Origin: Octopus vulgaris | Lineage: Eukaryota | Reading direction: 5' to 3' | Length of the DNA stretch: 64,000 bases | Assembly: GCA_951406725.2 (NCBI GenBank) | Contig: OX597818.1 | Coordinates: 109,368,001 to 109,432,000, forward strand | Part shown: piece after piece, positions 24,761 through 39,122 of the stretch | How positions within the stretch are numbered: position 1 is the first letter of the stretch | Layout of the letters: the number at the start of each line of letters is the position of its first letter | Made by a program: the position numbers and the translations under genes | Notes under the pieces: generated by a model | Told to the model about the DNA's origin: nothing | Seen by the model: the letters and a program-made list of their open reading frames with translations, nothing else | The model's database searches: none

Positions 24761-27700
24761 TGCACTTCACACACAACAGACATATCCACAATACAGTACT
24801 AACAACACAGCACATAGAACAACACAATGCACAGCACAACAACACATGACTCAAAGCAAACAACGTGTATAGCACAACATACTTTGAATATAGCCTAACA
24901 AATATACAGTACAATACAAGCATCACACATGCAGAATACAGAACATGAACACGCATACACAGACACACAAAACACAGTAAAACAAAACAGAATAGAATCA
25001 TAAGACAGGGTCACACATATAGACAGAGTCAGGTGTATAATTACATGAACATTAAGTTAGTGAAAAGTAACCAAACAGAAGTAAAATCTAGATTTGTGTA
25101 GTAAGCACAGTAAATGTCTAGAGGGAACATTACAAATCCAGACATATTCAAGAGAAGACACTGAATTAATATACTTCAGCATTTTATAACACGGCCATAC
25201 AGATGAGTCAATGAACTACAAGAATATGTATGAGAAAATAATGAAGACCTTTCCTTTCATACACTATACACAGAAACACATGAATTTAGAAATATATATA
25301 TAAATAATTATATGTGTATATGTGTATATATAAAGATATATGATAATGTGGGATAGAGAAGGAAATTAATACACAAATGAAGAGACAAATGGCTGCTGGC
25401 TGAAGTATGCAAATGATTTAGAGAAAGAGAAATAATATAAAGTCAAACTATTGGAGAGGATAATAAAAGAGAGAATCATACACGTAATAGATTAATGTGT
25501 GCTTGCACATGCGTATGAGGTAGAAATGCCTATGTGGGGGTGAGGTGAGGATAAATACTGCTTTGAGCACATAGAATATGTAAAAATATATAGTCTCACA
25601 GATATTGAGAGAGAGAGAGAGAGAGAGGAAGGAGAGGGAAGGGTAAATGAGACTCACAGATAGAGCAAGAGTGGACAATGATATAGAGAAATGAATGAAT
25701 GAAAGAGAGAGAGGGAAGACAGTGACAGACAGACAGATGAATGGAAAGAGAAAGAGAATGCAACAGATATAGAAAGAGAAATAGATAGAGAGATGGGGAG
25801 AGGAATGGACATAGAGAGATAGGAGAGCCAGACAGACTAGGAGATGGAAAGAGAGATGAGAGAGAGAGAGAAGCAGAAAGGCGCATAAACAGATCTACTT
25901 AATAGATAGATTATAGAAATAAGATATAAATAAATAAACACACACATACCCATAGACATGTATGTATGATTGTAAGTATGAAGTATGTGTATATGTGAAC
26001 AGTAATGTATATAGATACCTTTAAATATACAAGAACTTAATCTCCAAAGTTAAAAGTAATCCCTTCTCTTTTCCCTCATTCATTTGGCAAAATTAAAGAC
26101 AAGGAAATTTAACAGTTAAAATTAAAATAAGCAACTCATTTGTGATTCAATGACAGAAATTAATATTGTTGGTTTACCATTAGACACATATGATTAATGT
26201 ATAGATACTTAAATATCAGTTATATGTTAAATATGACATATGAGGTGAGTAAAATGCTACCAATTGTGAGATAGGTATATATACAAAAGTGATGAGATGG
26301 TCTTCAATTTAAACAACATTGTGAATGCCCACCACTAAGTGAGTCAATATGAAAGCGGACTGAAAATAAAGTAGTTAAGGTAGAAAATTAACCAGAGCAA
26401 AATGTCTTCCCAAGGCAGGATATAAAATTGAAAATATCCTCACTGAAATGCACAGAGTTATATGACTAGCTGCAGTTTTATAAAGAACATGGAGCCATAA
26501 ACAAAACCAGACTGAAAGACAAGAGTAAAACACCATTTAATAAATGGAATAATACATTGAAATTATGATACATGATCAATATTTAATTTTGAGACTATTA
26601 CTGAGCTTTTGTGTATACTGGATCTCATTCTCCAGCAGCTAACTTGAGGACTGCTCACACAAAACAAACTGAATAACCCATGTTCAAAAAGCTAACCAAC
26701 CGCACCTAAAATGTGGAATCTAAAATCTGGATGAATGCACAATGGCTAACATGGTCAGATATGAATATACTTATTGCTGACTTACCTAGAAGGCAATGAT
26801 TCTGAGTTCTAATCCTTCCACAGTCAAATTTTATAATCATCTGTAAAGATGTTTTTTTTTAGTGTATTAGTCACAGTGAACACTATTCCACATTTGGTAT
26901 CCTATGTCACTGTAAATCTTTAATGTATTATCATAAGGTCACTTGAGTTTTAGACTCCCTAGAGACATACTGAAGACTCAGTCTGCTCTTCTGGCTCTCG
27001 GTCACTTACAATGATGTGTGTCCCAGTTAAAAGTTTAAATGATCAACCAAACAGCCTGCTTGTGAAGTTAACGTGCAAGTGGCTGAGCACTCCACAGTCA
27101 TGCGTACCCTTAATGTAGTATTCAGAGAGATTCAGTATGACACAGAGTGTGACTATGCCGCCCTTTTGAATCACAAGTACAACTCATTCTCACTACAGCT
27201 GACTAAATTCTTACTCTGTTGAGTTTAGGACCTTTAATCTGGTCTTATCTGTACTTTAATATACTTTTATCTCTATTTCTCCCTAATTCCTATTTTCTCC
27301 TGACCCTGATAATGTCCAGCCATTGTGCTGTTTGTGTTCAAATAAGTAACAAAAATATTATATTACTTGAAAACAGGTAATGGTTGGTAACAGAAGAGGA
27401 TCTGACCAGAGAATGTCTACTTGAATGAATTTTATCCAATGCATCCAAGAATAGAAAAGTTGATGTTACAATGAAGATGATATATATCTTTACATACAGT
27501 AGTAGTGAAGAAGTTTACACTGAAATTGTTACAATGGAACAAAGCAGTGCAAGGAAATAAAAGCAATTTCTATAACTAGGGACAATGTCCTGCAGCAGGT
27601 AAAGATACAACCAAATTGTGTTTGCCAAAAGAAATCAAGCAGGATTATATTGTTAGATGAAGAGACAGATTTGCTAAATACTGAAGGTAACTCCATCTCA

Positions 27701-30700
27701 ACACACACATGAATTTATTCAAACACACACAAAGATTTATTAAAAATTATCTGAAGAAACAAAACACATTAATTTTACAATTTGTTGAATTAATTTTAAA
27801 ATGTGATGAAAAAAGTCAATAAGTGAATAAGAGATGAGAATACAATGAAGTGAAGATGTTGGAGAGTGAGTCATACATCATGGGTTTAAATGACTTTTTT
27901 CAGTATTTTGTTTTGTTTTTTAGTGTTGGTTTTTTTTTGCCAGGATATGTAGTTTAATATTATCTTATTACACTAAACACCACTCTAAGGATCTTACTGA
28001 TTCATAGAAGGATTAACTTTTAAAATAAACACACACACAACGTACTAAGTGTATATGTGCAACTGAATGATTGACTCTTTGGTAAAGAAAATCTGTTTTT
28101 CTCCCCTAAACAGAATTGCAAAAAAAAAAAAAATCACTGACATCATTCACTGGCAATTTCTACATAAACATCTACATCAATATAACTCATCTAAGAAAAA
28201 AAAGAAAAGAATTAAAAGAAGTCATGGATAAATACAGAAAACTAGATACTATATGATGTCAGCTAACTCTGTAATAAACAAGAAGCCCTAGAGATAAATG
28301 CCTCATCAATCTATTCATTTAAAAGGAGAATGCTTCCTTAAATAAATCTGTTCTTCAAATTGCAAGTTCTTGTGGAAAGCTGAAATGGTGAAACCTTAGA
28401 AAATTTATGAGAAGAAAGATTTTGTAGGAGAGATATACCATGTTCAAATCTGGCAGCAAATGAAAGTAACATCTTTTTCCATTTCTCAGAGATACCAAGG
28501 TGCACCAGTCTCAGCTAAGTAAATAATTACAATAGCTTTGTGCATTTATTATTGTTATTATTGTTAGGGGAGGGGGTGGATTGGCACAATTGTTAGATTG
28601 TTGAAAAAATACCTCGTGCTATTTGTTCTAGCTCTTTACATTCTAAGTTCAAGCCCTACCAAGGTCAATTTTGCCTTTCATCTCCCTGAGGCCAACGAAT
28701 TCAAATAGTGGTAAAGAAGTGGGATTTATGTAATCAACGAAGCCCCTCTATCTAAAATTGCTGGCCTTGTGCCAAAATACAAAATTATCATTATCATTAT
28801 TATTATCATCATCATCATTGAGTGAGAGAGCAGCACATGCTATCAAAATGATACTGAGATAAAATATACAAAGCCCAATATACCCATGACGACTACACAC
28901 CTGATAAGGGTACACCAGGCAGATGCATTATAACCATATGTGCATGACACAGTGACCTCATATCAAGACAAACAGCATATGAACTTGCAGGTGGGGTCAA
29001 GTTCAAATTCTTTTCAAATCAAATAGCCCATTGTGCCCAAAAGGTGTGACGTATTATGTCACCGCTGTGAAAACAGATGACAGCATAAAGTACCAGAAAT
29101 TTGAAGATAACAGAAAATGGAAAATTCTGAAGAAAACATCAAAGCCATTACTACAAGCAGTAGTAGCAACAACAAATTTCAAGACAAACAGAAAATGAAA
29201 ACTTTTAACAATGAAGCCACCACCACCACAACCAACAACACATCATACATCGAAATTATTCAACAAAGATGGATGGAACATTCTTTTGACTGTGATTTGG
29301 GGAAAGATTTCAGAAAATGTTTGGGAGGTGCTGTCATTGAGCAAATTTATAGAACGGTGGGTTGAAAGTGGCAAAAATGACAAGAGTGGATGGCATCGCT
29401 CTAAGTACAGAACTGTGAGTTGGCGAACTGAAACTGGAGAAGGCAGTTGCCTTTGGTATTCAGGAAGATCTTGGATGGTGGGATTCCTCAATTACCCCTA
29501 GAGGTTTCTGTACAATTTTCATCTACAAATTGCACTACAGCATTTATATTTACATCCAATTTGTCCATGCTAACATGTTGGACACGATATACTGAGGCAT
29601 TTGTGCGTGTGTCCATATCATCATTATCATCATCGTCATATAACATCTGTTTTCCATGCTGGCATGGGTTGAATGGTTTGACTGGGGACTGGCAAGCCAG
29701 GAGGCCACACCAGGTTCCAATCTCACCTGGCAAGTTTCTACAGCTGGATGCCCTTCCTAATGCCAACCACTCCGAGAGTGTAGTGGATGCTTTTTACATG
29801 CCACCAGCATGAGAGCCAGTCAGGCGGCACTGGCATTGGTCACACTCAGATGGTTCTTTTTACATGCTACCGGTAGAAGAGCCAGTCGGGGTGGGGGTGC
29901 TGGCAATGACCACATTCAGATAGGGCCTTTTACATGCCATTGGCATGGGTGCCAGTCAGGCAGCATATATTTGTTTATGTCCTGTAATCTAGTAGTTGGA
30001 CAAATAGAGTTCAATAAAATAAGTATCAGAGTCTTAAAAATTACTACTGGGCTAATTATGGTGTTGTAAACTTGTGAAGGTGGTGCTACAGCATGGTCAT
30101 AGTCCAATAACAGGAATTATTAAAACAGTAGGCATGTACACCACACAACATACACAAATATGTGGCTGGATGTCTGCATAAATGAATGTATAAGACCTTT
30201 CCACTCATATTCACAAATTAATCAGGAGTATTGATGAGTTCAGACAAAATTGAATGTTTTAAAACTGACTCCTTGAAATACTGAAGTATTAGATTTGTAG
30301 AATTAGAATTCCTGTTGACAGGCTAACAAAGTACTTGACTTTATGATGAAGGTAAAATAGAAATTGATAAAATGATAAAATATAAAAATTTTTAATGTAT
30401 ATTTAATTTTAAGGGGAAAAACATAATAAAAATGTAAAAAATATTTGAAACAGATTTATCCAAAGTTTAGTAAATGGGAATGGAAAAATATTAATAAAAG
30501 TTTAAAAAAAAAAGCCAAGCCCAAAAGATGTCAATTGTTTCCTTTTCAAAGATGGAAATGTAAAGTTTTTGATATAATGACAAATACTAAATTTGAATGG
30601 CTCTTGTAATGTTGATGTTGCAATCTGGAACCAAAACCAATTTAACCAAAAGTTGAAAACTATGAATATACCCAAAATAAAATTAATTAAAAAGTTTATT

Positions 30701-31137
30701 GCCTAGTTCAGAGAAAGCTGTTGATTTAAACAAAATTATCAAGAAATAAACATGGAAGCAGAAAAATTTCTTATTATATAATGAATCAAATATATAAAAC
30801 GAAAGACAAAATATCGTTACATAAGCTTATTTTGTTTGAATCCTAAGAATTTCAGCCAGATATCAGAATGATACAAGAATAATGGTAATATTTTCAAGTA
30901 GATGTCATCCTGATAGCATACACACTCAGTATTAAGCAATATTATACCTAAGTTCATAAAACAAGGTTGGCAAAAGATTTTTTTCTTTTGTTTGTTTCTT
31001 TTAAAGTCACTCCCCTCAAGCAGTGAGTAAGAAAAACAGGCCTCGAGTAACCACTTTGTTGAGAGATTCAAAAGAAAAAAGAGAAAAAAAATCTAATGAG
31101 AAACTACCCTAAAAATCATAAAACAACACTATGTTTA

Positions 31138-31637
31138 CAGTGGTTCTCAACTCAGGGGTCCATATAAGGTTTTGCAGTCAAAATTGATGTGCAACAAATC
31201 AGTTATATTTATACAATACACAAAATAGTTCAACAATTCCTAATAATATTTAATTATAAAAATATTATAGGATTGTGATCCTGTCAGTGTAGGTGCCAAA
31301 AGAACCCAGTCCACATTGTAAAGTGGTTGGTGTTAGGAAGGGCATCCAGCTGTAAAAACCTTGTCAAAACTGACCTCGCCTGTGCTGGTTCCACATAAAA
31401 AGCACTAAGTCTACTGGAAGAGCATCCAGCTGTAAAAATCCTGCCAAAACAGTCACAGAAGTTTGGTACAGGCTTCTACCTAGCAGGCTCTTGTGAAACT
31501 GTCCCACCCATACTAGCATAGAAGGCAGACATTAAACGATGATGAGGTTTTTTTAAATGTCAAATAACTATGAGGGTCCACCCGAGTAAAATAAGAATCA
31601 CAGGGACCCATAGGCAAAAGATGGTTGAGAACAACTG
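31138..31637. mobile_element. hAT-type MITE with nested family-B insertion
   Basis: TIRs cagtggttctcaac / gttgagaacaactg. Confidence 0.75.
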
Positions 31638-32769
31638 GTTTAAAAGAATATCAGGGAAAGGGGAAAAGAAAGAGTTTTACAAGACAGATATTTGGTGGGG
31701 GTGGGAGTGGGGTTGGACACTACCAGAGTCGGAACTCTTGTTACAAGAGAGGAGGAGAGCAGTGACAGAATGAGTATCAGTAGAAAAAGGAGTCACTCGA
31801 ATTATAAAACTGCAGAGAAGAAACAAGAGAAGAAAGTTCAGGAGAAGAACAAACACAAAAGTATTTATATGAGAAAGAGACAAAGAAGTAATCTGCCAGA
31901 AAGTGGGTGAGAAGGGTTGAAGTAATTAAATTGCCAAAACAACCAATAATGGAGCACCGGCAGAGGCACCAATCCAAAGGAGATAACAATATTCCATATA
32001 ACAGTAAATCAAAGACTTTACAAAGATGAAGAATACATTCAGAATATAGAGGGAAGCTCAATGTAGAGAACCCACTTTCACAGCGACTACTTTAGTTAAA
32101 GATTTAATATAATCACTTCAAGTAAGATCCTTGTAAAAGACAAAGACTAGAAGACTAAGGAAGAATAGTATCTGACATGGAAGTATCATCAGAGCTTCTG
32201 TAATGACCACTTTTAGCATAGCTGAAAGTAATCAGAACAAAAACTAAGCATCACAATCAGTGACTGAGCACAGGACAAGCCTAAAGCGGCATCGAGGTTC
32301 AAGTCATAAACATATAGAAATCTTGGTTCCATTTCAACTTTAAAAGCAATGCACTCTAGTATCAATGTAAAAACGACCAAATGGAACAGATGTTACATAA
32401 TTTTAAAGATTTATTAGTAGATTTATTAGTAGATCTTTAGTAGATAATGATAAATCCTTGTTGTTTAGCCCCACATAAACTCTAATCCAGCAGATTTATT
32501 ATCAAAGGCATTCAAGCCATGAGTGTCACAATTTTTTCAGACAGCAAATCAAGGACTTCATTATCTGACATTTTCTTTTTCTTTAAAACACCAAAGTGTG
32601 ACACAAATTTATTTGGCTGCTATTTCTAGTAACTACATAGAAGCTCCTATTACCTACATTAGGTAGGCATCCTATCTTAGGGAAAATTAATATCTGATCT
32701 AAAGTGAATCTATGGCTAATCATTAGCTTTATAAACTTTTCAGTTCTGTGTGAAATCAATATTTTCTCT

Positions 32770-33360
32770 TTATATAGCCACTCTCATGAATGAAATTTTG
32801 ATTGGTATATTATTGGTGGATTATTGCTCCTAGCAATAGTGACGAGCTCAACTACTGAACTGGAAGCAATCCAACAGTCCTACACAAAGAAGATTGCCTT
32901 AATACAATAGCTGAACAACCGGGAGAAGTTGAAAGCTTTAAGACAACTCCCTGGAGTGAAGAAGTGCAAGATATGCAGTAAATTATAACTGGAAGCTATT
33001 GAAGGAACTACCACGAAACTTTGGCATCAAAAGCTATGCTAATCTCAAACTGGGTACCATAGCATAATGCCAAAAGTTTCACTCCCTCTTTCTGTCCCAA
33101 GTTAAGACTAGAGACTACAAAAGCTTGGGATTTAAAGAATCACAACTCATTAATATTCTCCAATAAAACAAGGGAATTTCATTGAATAGTTAAACAATAC
33201 TTGATATTTTATTGTGTAAAATTCCAAATGGCATTACATCACAGCAAGAGACATATTGGCATCACCATTAGATTCCCTTGTTCACCAAATTCCAAACACC
33301 AAACAATGGATACATCAGTATTCATGGCAGTGCCCTGGCATAACTACAGTTAGCAGAGTG
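32770..33360 (+). mobile_element. Decayed CR1/L2-type LINE 3' end
   Basis: It translates ELEAIQQSYTKKIALIQ*LNNREKLKALR, resembling the LE.IQR..TK.I......SY.ERLK.L thumb of CR1-type RTs. The tail is ggcagtgccctggcataactacagt. Confidence 0.65.
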
Positions 33361-33599
33361 GAATGAGGAAAAGAATATATTAATCTAAGTTTATTTACGT
33401 GTAAATAAACACATCCAACTTTTTCTACAAAGAGAAGGGTCAAAAATCAAGGCATTCACAATTCACTAGATTATTTTGTGTTCTCTGAATTACACATCAA
33501 AGCTTTATAATCCTGACAGCAAGTCCAGATATGTTTAAATACACACTTAACATTATGTCATGTGGAAAGTATAACACATTCTTAGTTGATGTAGTGACT

Positions 33600-34008
33600 C
33601 ATCATCATCATCATCGTCATCATTTAATGTCCGCTTTCCATGCTAGCATGGACTGGACGATTTTGACTGAGGGCTGGCAAACCAGATGGCTGCACCAGGC
33701 TTCAATCTTGATCTGGCAGAGTTTCTACAGCTGGATACCCTTCCTAACGCCAGCCACTCCAAGTGTGTAGTGGGGGCTTTTCATGTGCCACTGGCACGGG
33801 GGCCAGTCAGGCGGTACTGGCAATGACCTTGCTCGAATCTTTTTACACATACCACTGGCACAGGTGCCAGTAAGGCGATGTTGGTAACGATCACGCTCGA
33901 ATGGTGCCCTTTTACATACCACAGGCATGGAGCCAGTTGGCTGCTCTGGCAACGATCACGCTCGGATGGTGCTCTTGGCACCCTACTATCATGGGCACAA
34001 GTGCCAAC
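33600..34008 (-). mobile_element. RTE 3'UTR-derived repeat (family B)
   Basis: catcatttaatgtccgctttccatgctagcatgg... followed by hairpin modules. Confidence 0.85.
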
Positions 34009-34009
34009 T

Positions 34010-34810
34010 GCAAAACATGTTGTAAACATTGAGACACTATAAGGACACCACAATTCATCCAGTGGATTCAGAACATAATTGACGATGATCCCAGAAAATT
34101 AATAAGGACTATTAACAAAGAACTTCAGGCATTGGAGTGGACTCCCAGAACTGTGGTGCACAAAGACAAATTAAATGTACTGAAGAAAGGCCAATTCTTG
34201 TCTGCAAAGACAAGAAATCCATTTGATCCATACCAAACACTTAGCTAGCAAGGTTAAAACCCCTCATGAACATATGCTTTGGTTCTTCTCTGACAAGAAC
34301 AACTTTGACAAAGATCAATGACAGATGGTTAAGTGTGGATCCTTCAGATGTTGACTCATAAAAATCATGTTAAGCTACCTCCCACATGTGCTTCAACAAG
34401 CCACAACACCTGCTCAAAAAGCCCATGTAAGCTAACAATGGATGTCAAACAATCTTTATGACTTTGTAACACCACATTTGCAGCCTCAAAACTAGATTTA
34501 AATCCCATGGATTATTTCATTTAAGGGAGACTAAGTGGCATCTTCACAGTCCTATAGCTTCACTAAAGACAACCATTGTCCAGGTTATGTCGGAAATTAA
34601 TAAGGACCATTTAGTGCAGGCTTGTCAGTAATTTCCTGCCTGCATTGAAACAGTCACCAAAGCTGAAAGTGAATCCATAGAATAATCTTATAACAAAGTT
34701 TATAGAGAACATGTGAACAAATTTATATTCAAATGCATTTCATTTTTGCTACATTAGAGTTGTTTTAGTAAATTACTGAATATGTCCTCAAATACCTCTT
34801 GTACCCTGTA
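34010..34810 (+). pseudogene. Tc1/mariner (maT/DD37D-like) transposase relic with right TIR
   Basis: Fragments read WFFSDKNNFDKDQ, QQATTPAQKA, DLNPMDYF and LVQACQ*FPACIETVTKAE, and the element ends ...cttgtaccctg|ta. Confidence 0.65.
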
Positions 34811-35773
34811 AAGACACGCGCGCGCGTGTGTGTGTGTGTGTGTTGTGTTTGGGAAGAGTCATTATGCTAATATTAATGCACACACTGATTGTTAGCTAAT
34901 TAAGTAGGTAGGGAGGGAGGGAAGTAAGTAAATAAGTAGGTAGGTAAATGGGTAGTACAGACATGCACATACATGCACACATAACAACATACACACTAAG
35001 ACAGAAACACACACACACACACATCACATTCTCTACACACACAAGCAACAAGGTTTCAGATAGACTCCGTAACAGACTAAGTCACTGAAAAGTTTGCAAA
35101 TGGCAATGAAAGAACTTTGATGAATAAAAAACAAAATGAACAACTGTTTAACCAACAAATTAAACTAACGATCAGTTAGATAGTTGGATAGATATTTAAC
35201 CAACAGACTAATAATAAAGGAGTGGAACTGAACCAGTACGTGTTATTAATATTGACATAATGACCCTCCCTAGATACAGTAAAATTTGTTTCAACACATG
35301 AATTCACATAAGAATCTTGCAAACCAAATACAAAAATAAAGTGTGCATGTGTGTGTGTGTGTGTGTGTGTATGAACACCTACTTTCCTACGTTTGCAAGG
35401 TCAGATAAAATTTGCTGGCACAGGTTTTCTGTTGCCAGATACTTTTCCTGCCACCAATCCTTAAGTTTTTCCAAGCAAAGTAATAACGACATACTTGCTT
35501 GGAAAGATTGCAGATAAATTACAACACTTTAATGACAAGGCTATTTGTTTACAGTTAGGAAAACAAGGTGGGGATACACTCACATATATGCATGCACACG
35601 CACACACACACATACCCATGACAGACCCCTACCCTTCACACTACCAAAATTCACTCTCAAGGCTTTGGTTGACATAGAGCTGCAGACACTTGCCCATGGT
35701 GTCATGCTGGGCCTCAGCCTGGAACACATATGTACAAATTTACACACGTGTATGAATATAAGTAAATATTTAC

Positions 35774-35865
35774 CAGAAATATGTTCTTGTTTGACTGAAG
35801 AGAATAGTAGAGCTGAACAATGAATGGACTTCGAGACACAGCCAAAGCATTTCTTTCCATCATCA
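35774..35865 (-). CDS. MASTL: Internal coding exon of Greatwall/MASTL serine/threonine kinase (kinase subdomains III-V)
   Basis: On the minus strand a long polypyrimidine tract ends ...ttcttcaccAG, followed by a 92-nt exon and a GTAAAT donor. It translates (phase 1 to 0) as (V)MMERNALAVSRSPFIVQLYYSLQSNKNIFL, matching the Greatwall/MASTL segment ERDALALSKSPFIVHLYYSLQS..N.YL that precedes VMEYLIGGD. It lies in a different frame from the listed 35580-36044 ORF. No neighbouring exons were found in the window. Confidence 0.88.
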
Positions 35866-36627
35866 CTGGTGAAGAAAATAAAAAAAAAAAAGATTAATAA
35901 CATTTCAGATTCAATAAAACACATCAACTGAATAAATATTAGCAGTAAACAGTACTTAACAGACAAAAGATGATCTTCTGTGAACAGAAGACAGTGTGAC
36001 AAATTCAGATATTTTACCAGATGTTTTAGCATAGATGTGGTCAAAACTGAACACTCTCCTCAGATATAAACTTCATCATCATTTTAGCATCTCTTCTTGC
36101 AAAGTCAAATTTTCTACAGCCAGATACATTTCCCGTTGCCAACCCTCACTTGTTTCCAAGCAAGGTAATAATCCCTTAGTCTACCAAGCAACAACCCAGT
36201 CATACTTTATGTATTAAATGGGAAACAAAGGTCACATTCTGAATGAGTCATTTATTGACAAGACCACACATATCAAGACATGTCAAGAAACACTGTTAGG
36301 CTTTCTGTGGTTGACTGCAAAGCAAAGATTACCATACACATGTGTGTGTGTATGAAGGCACATGGCCAAGTAGTTAGGCTGTTGCACTGATGATCACTAG
36401 ACCATGGGTTCGATTCCCTAAGTGGATAGTGTGATGTGTTCTTGAGCAAAACACTTTATTTCACATTGCTCCAGTCCCCTTCCAATCAGCAGGGAATGTT
36501 AGCCTGCTCACCTAGCCAGCAGAGTGGTATCGTTTGAGGGCTAAAACAATGCAAAAGCGCATTGTAATCAGTGATGTGTAACAAAATCTAACCTGGTCAG
36601 TCATGAGATCATGTGATATATATATAT

Positions 36628-38811
36628 ATCATCATCATCATTTAATGACTGCTTTCCATGCTAGCATGGGTTGGACGATTTGACTGAGCTCTGCCAGATC
36701 AGATTGGAGTCTGGTGCAGCCATCTGGTTCACCAGAGTTTCTACAGCTTGATGCCCTTTCTAACGTCAACCACTCCGAGAGTGTAGTGGGTGCTTTTGCG
36801 TTCCACTGGCATGAAGCCAGTCAGCCAAGCTCAAATGGTGCACTTTATGTGCCACCTGCACAGGAGCCAGTCCAGTGGTACTGGCAACAACCTCGCTCGA
36901 ATGTTTTTTCACGTGTCACCAGCACAAGTGCTAGTAAGGCAACGCAGGTAACAATCGCAATCAAATGGTGCCTTTACGTGCCACCAACACGGAAGCCAGT
37001 TCATTGCTCTGGCAATGATCATCCTTGGATGGTACTCTTAGCGCTCCACTAGCACGGATGCCAGTCATCAAATTTGATTTCGATTTCACTTGCTTCAACA
37101 GGTCTTCACAAGCAGAGTTTAGTGTCCAATGAAGGAAAGGTACGCATAAGTGAGTTGGTTACGCCCCTGGCATAGGCCACAATGTTATGGTCTCACTTGG
37201 CTTGCCGAGTCTTCTCAAACACAGAATATTTCCAAAGGTCCCGGTCACTAGTCATTGCCTTGGTGAGGCCCAATGTTTGAAGGTCATGCTTCACCACTTC
37301 ATCTCAGGTTTTCCTGGGTGTACCTCTTCCACAGGTTCCCACAACTGCTAGGGTGTGACACTTTTTCACACAGCTATCCACATCAATTCTCGCCACATGG
37401 CCATAGCAGCGCAGTTGTCTCTCTTGCACACCACATCTGATGCTTCTGAGGCCCAACTTTACTTTCAAGCTACTTACACTCTGTCGAGTATGCACACTGA
37501 CATTACACATCCATCGGAGCATACTGGCTTCATTCTTAGCGAGCTTACGCATGTCCTCAGCAGTCATGGCCCATGTTTCACTGCCATGTAACATGGCTGT
37601 TCGTACACATGCGTCATACAGTCTACCTTTTACTCTGAGCAAGAGGCCCTTTGTCACCAGCAGAGGTAAGAGCTCTCTGAACTTTGCCCAGGCTATTCAT
37701 ATTCTAGCAGCTACACTTTCAGCACACCCACCCCCGCTACTGACTTGGTTACCAAGATAACAGAAGCTATCAACTACTTCTAGTTTTTCTCCCTGGAATG
37801 TGGTGGAAGTTGTTCTCTGCACATTTTCAGTGTTTATTGCTCCTGAGCATCTGCCACATACAAAAACTATCTTCCCAGTTAGCCTCCCTTTGATATTGCT
37901 TCACCTCTTATGTGTCCATAGCTTACACTGAGTACATCTTATAGAGTTTCTACCTACGCCTTTTCTACAGATCAAGCAGGGCCATCTACCTGAAGGGATT
38001 TGTGGTTTGCCTGCCTTCCTACTTATTAGGACTTGGTTTTAGCTAGGTTTTAGCTAGGCCCTTCGATTCCAACACTTGTTCTGATAGTGACTCAGCAATT
38101 ATAGCAGGTCGTCAGCGTAGAGGAGCTCCCAGGAGCATCCTGTCTTGAATTCCTCTGTTATTGCCTGGAGAACTATGATAAATAGGAGGGGGCTGAGGAC
38201 TGAACCTTGGTGGACCTCTAGCTCTACCAGAAATTCTTCACTGTACTTGTTGCCAACCCTCACCTTACTGACAGCGTCCCTGTACATGGCTTGCACAGCT
38301 CTCACTAACCATTCAACTATCCCTAGTTTCCTCATTGACCACCAGACAAGGGATTGGGGGACCCTGTCAAAGGCTTTCTCCATGTCAACGAAAGCCAGGT
38401 ACAGAGGTTTATCTTTGGCTAGGTATTTCTTCTGCAGATATATTACCAGAAATATAGCATCAGTGGTGCTTTTCTCTGGCACGAACCCAAACTGCATCTC
38501 ATCTAAACTGACTCTCTCCCTAATTAGTTGGACTATGACCCTCTGCGTGATCTTCATTACCTGATCCAAGAGCTTGATACCTCTGTAATTATTTGTATCT
38601 AAAGCGTCACCTTTTCCTTTGTAGCAGTTGACTATAGTGCTGCTATACCAGTAATTGGGTATGACTCCTTCGTGTATCACCTGGTTAACTATATAGGTGA
38701 CCAGGCTAAATATTTTGAGCATCTCTGCAGTAATTCCTGATGGGCCGGGGGCTTTCCCTGTCTTCATGCTTTTAATTGCTTTATCTACCAAGGTACTGTC
38801 AACTCAGATAG
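36628..38811 (-). mobile_element. Second copy of the same RTE LINE family (RT to 3' tail), 5'-truncated
   Basis: ORFs 38099-38791 (KAPGPSGI...QGSVLSPLLF...LLYADDL) and 37304-37657 are near-identical to the copy at 7838-11163. It has the same 3'UTR and (GAT)n tail and is flanked by TA/TG microsatellites. Confidence 0.95.
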
Positions 38812-38859
38812 CATACATATATACATATATATATGTATATATGTATATATATGTATGTA

Positions 38860-38915
<56 letters not shown>

Positions 38916-39122
38916 TATATATATATATACACACACTTTAACATGGGTATTATCAAAGAGATGACAATACTGCTGTTTTAACCCCACAAAGACATTTCCT
39001 CCAGCTGGTTTATTCAGTGTGCTTTCACACTCGACATTAAGTGGAAGAGAACTCCTCCCACCCTAGCTCCAAGACCACTAGACCACAAATTATATACATA
39101 TATATATATATATATATTTATA

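Noticed and set aside
29243-29491. 82-aa non-repetitive minus ORF
   Set aside because: No recognisable domain, no convincing splice sites in frame, and a non-ATG start.
35580-36044. 154-aa minus-strand ORF
   Set aside because: It is low-complexity and spurious; the real coding signal is the 92-nt exon in another frame.
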